From positions 1,248,001 through 1,312,000 of the forward strand of contig OY968769.1 in NCBI GenBank assembly GCA_963695345.1: 64,000 nt of DNA. The letters run 5' to 3'. The stretch is from an uncultured Methanomassiliicoccales archaeon (GTDB lineage Archaea; Thermoplasmatota; Thermoplasmata; Methanomassiliicoccales; UBA472). Below, piece by piece: positions 61,888 to 64,000 of this stretch; the first letter of the stretch is position 1, and every line of letters starts with the position of its first letter. The notes beneath the pieces were generated by a model. It searched no databases. It had not been told where the DNA came from and saw only the letters and a program-made list of their open reading frames with translations. The position numbers and the translations under genes are program-made.

Positions 61888-62895
61888 CTAGTCAAGACGC
61901 CCCAGTTTCCTGAGCACGGCCAACGATCTCAGAGTGACCCATTGGCTCGGTGCACCCTGTTTTTCGATATTGGTCAGAAGCCTTCCGGCGTAGCTCCGCT
62001 CGTTCCTCCATTTGCCATCGGGCATGCGTTTGGAGAGTACCAGTTCGATGGCGTCCTCCATCCTTTCATCCCGGTATCCCAGGTCGGTGAGCACCTCGAG
62101 CATCTCCAGGACGTCCGTGTCCCACAAGAGGGGAAATCCCAGGTTGGTCCACCCTTTCTTGGCTATCTCATCTGGCGCGTGGCTCCTCTTATAGAGTCTG
62201 TGTTTGAGAAGGTGCTCTGCTCCCTCCGAGACAACTTTATCCAGGGCTGGTGACCATTCCTCCCTGGGGATTGCCGAAATGGCCTTGAGGTCCTTGACGA
62301 CCCCCATGTGGCAGGTATGTCTTCCCCAGCAATTCTTCCTGGTGTATGGCCAGCCCTTCGGTGCCGGGCCCTCGTTGTCATCGAAACGCTGGTATCTCGC
62401 TATCCATTCGAGGCCGGCCCGGACCCGGGCATCGTCCTTCATTCCGAATCGCACCATGGACCAGACGAGGTTGCCCGTCAGGCAAGGCAGGATGCTGTCG
62501 CCGGTGCTTCCTTCGGCATTCCCTTGATACCCGAATCCGCCGCTCTCGTGCTGGGACCAGTTCAAGAGGAATTCGGACGCCGCCCTGATCCTCCCATCAC
62601 TTCCGTCGGCACCGAGCTGGGCCAGGAGAATGAAGTTCCAGACGGTGCCCTTGTATTTTGCACCGATATAGAATTGCTCCTCTTGGCCCCAGAACCCTCC
62701 CGGCTCTTGTGAGGCAAGGATCTTCGAAATCGGTCCCGACCTCATCGCCTCATTGAGGGCGCAAGATACCTCCTTAACCGATTGAGGGTAACCAGCCAGC
62801 TTCGTCATGGCGGCTAGCCTAACCGAGGGATCGCCGGATGATAGAAGCCAGTCGACGATCTCCTGATCAGCTTTTTCGACTCCCTGGGACATCAC
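61888..62895 (-). CDS. Alpha/alpha-toroid protein with prenyltransferase/squalene-cyclase-like repeats
   Basis: WLL..DPSVR, Q..GG.W, KYKGTVW, PCLTGN, QRFDD, LGFP..W..D.LE, MPDGKW. Confidence 0.75.
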   Translation of the reverse strand: MMSQGVEKADQEIVDWLLSSGDPSVRLAAMTKLAGYPQSVKEVSCALNEAMRSGPISKILASQEPGGFWGQEEQFYIGAKYKGTVWNFILLAQLGADGSDGRIRAASEFLLNWSQHESGGFGYQGNAEGSTGDSILPCLTGNLVWSMVRFGMKDDARVRAGLEWIARYQRFDDNEGPAPKGWPYTRKNCWGRHTCHMGVVKDLKAISAIPREEWSPALDKVVSEGAEHLLKHRLYKRSHAPDEIAKKGWTNLGFPLLWDTDVLEMLEVLTDLGYRDERMEDAIELVLSKRMPDGKWRNERSYAGRLLTNIEKQGAPSQWVTLRSLAVLRKLGRLD

Positions 62896-62971
62896 TGCAA
62901 CGATTGACGAGTTCCCTAATTAATGCTGCTGAGCGTTAACCATAACTATCAGTTGGAGAGATAACCATGGT

Positions 62972-63773
62972 ATGGTCTGGCATGCAGCCGTCATGATCGC
63001 CTACGACGGGCGCGAGTTCACCGGGTCCCAGAGGCAGCCGGACAAGAGGACGGTGGAGGACGAGTGCATCCGGGCTTTGAAGAAGATACATGCCATCGAC
63101 TCGGTCGAAGATTCACGGTTCAGGGTCGCCAGCCGGACGGACCGCGGGGTTTCCGCGCTATGCAATGTGATCGTTTTCGAGACCGGCTTCAGGCCGGACC
63201 TGCTTTTGCAGGCGTTGAACGCTGCATCCGAGACGGTCTACTTCTACGCCTATGCCGAAGTTGGGTCGGATTTCTCCCCCCGTAGAGCAAAGCAACGTTG
63301 GTATCGTTATTTCCTTGCATTCGAGGATGGCATGGACCTTGACCTCATGGACCAAGCCGCCCAGGAGCTTCGTTGGAAGGCACGACTTCCGTAGGTTCTG
63401 CAAGGCCGAGGGTAAGGGTTCGGAGAAGACCATAGATTCGATCGTGCTGACCCGTTTGGGGGACATGGTCGTGATCGACATCAAAGGGCGCGAGTTCCTT
63501 CGCAACATGGTCAGACGTGTTGTGGCTGCACTATCCTCCGTTTCGGAAGGGAGTTCGACCTTAGAGGACGTGATGGAAGCTCTGCAAGGCCGCGAGGTGT
63601 CATTCGGACTCGCCCCGCCTGAAGGATTGATACTCATGCAGATCGACTACGGAATACAATTTATTGAGATGTGCCCCCCCACGCTTGAGCGTAAGACCCG
63701 TGGGAAAAGGGCTGAAAAAATGATCGAGCTCCTCTTCTACGATTCTCTTTCGGCCAGATGTGGATTGGATTAA
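62972..63773 (+). CDS. truA: tRNA pseudouridine(38-40) synthase, frameshift at ~63375
   Basis: YDGREFTGSQRQP, ASRTDRGVSA, HDFRRF, FLRNMVRR, APPEGLIL. Confidence 0.93.
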
Positions 63774-63854
63774 TCATCCAGCATATAGATTTCTGGTATA
63801 TTAGTATTTAAGTTTAACTGTAGCATGCTCCGAATCCCTTCAAATAGGCCCTCC

Positions 63855-63980
63855 GCAGTCCGTGATTTAGGCTGAAGGAAGCAGCCTAGTAGGTCTTTGG
63901 AGAAGGACCATGGGGAAACACGACGCCGGGACGGAGCGAAAACTCCGTCCCGCATGATATCCGCTTTTTAATGTGGACCG
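63855..63980 (+). ncRNA. Candidate structured RNA or leader (3-4 consecutive hairpins)
   Basis: TAGGCTG/CAGCCTA, GGTCTTT/AAGGACC and CGGGACGGAG/CTCCGTCCCG stems downstream of a TATTTAAG TATA-like box; no credible ORF. Confidence 0.4.
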
Positions 63981-64000
63981 CGTTATTGCCGCTCGTGAAG

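Noticed and set aside
61888-62895. Nitrogenase-related label sometimes attached to similar proteins
   Set aside because: No P-loop or NifH Fe-S cysteine motifs, and no nif genes nearby.
45728-63773. Programmed frameshifting or pseudogenisation in asnS, gcvT, rpl1, rpl11, spt5, ftsZ-A, acyP and truA
   Set aside because: Too many cases, in essential genes, with no shared slippery motif and some compensating pairs. Sequencing error is far more likely.
1-64000. CRISPR array, rRNA genes, IS elements, defence systems
   Set aside because: No regularly spaced direct repeats, rRNA signatures, transposase motifs or recognisable defence genes were seen.

Overview
Ordinary-density chromosomal segment from a Thermoplasmata archaeon, most likely Methanomassiliicoccales (Methanomassiliicoccus-like). 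The lineage is inferred from gene content and order: TFB-Gar1, two-unit EndA, CDC48/VAT-Hsp20, split GMP synthase, AsnRS, and ftsZ-secE-spt5-rpl11-rpl1-rpl10-rpl12. It holds about 70 CDS and one tRNA-Gly(CCC). I saw no CRISPR array, rRNA, transposase or integrase. At least a dozen genes, including essential ones (rpl1, rpl11, spt5, asnS), carry 1-nt indels that look like long-read consensus errors, so they are annotated as single joined genes. Most notable: (i) a ~1,430-aa type IV pilin/FG-GAP adhesin with a C-terminal membrane anchor, next to a geranylgeranyl reductase and an N-terminally extended UbiA prenyltransferase; (ii) three ftsZ genes within 6 kb, plus a tandem-RHH CdrS-like regulator with repeated GTCAGAC boxes; (iii) Spt5 fused to an N-terminal Ig-like domain; (iv) an HSR1/Phr-type heat-shock locus with visible AAC-N5-GTT operators and an extra helical gene; (v) an L1-binding mRNA leader; (vi) an in-frame amber codon in phosphopantothenate synthetase; (vii) two candidate structured RNAs; (viii) two small ORFs missing from the ORF track. 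All family calls come from motif recognition; no database searches were run.
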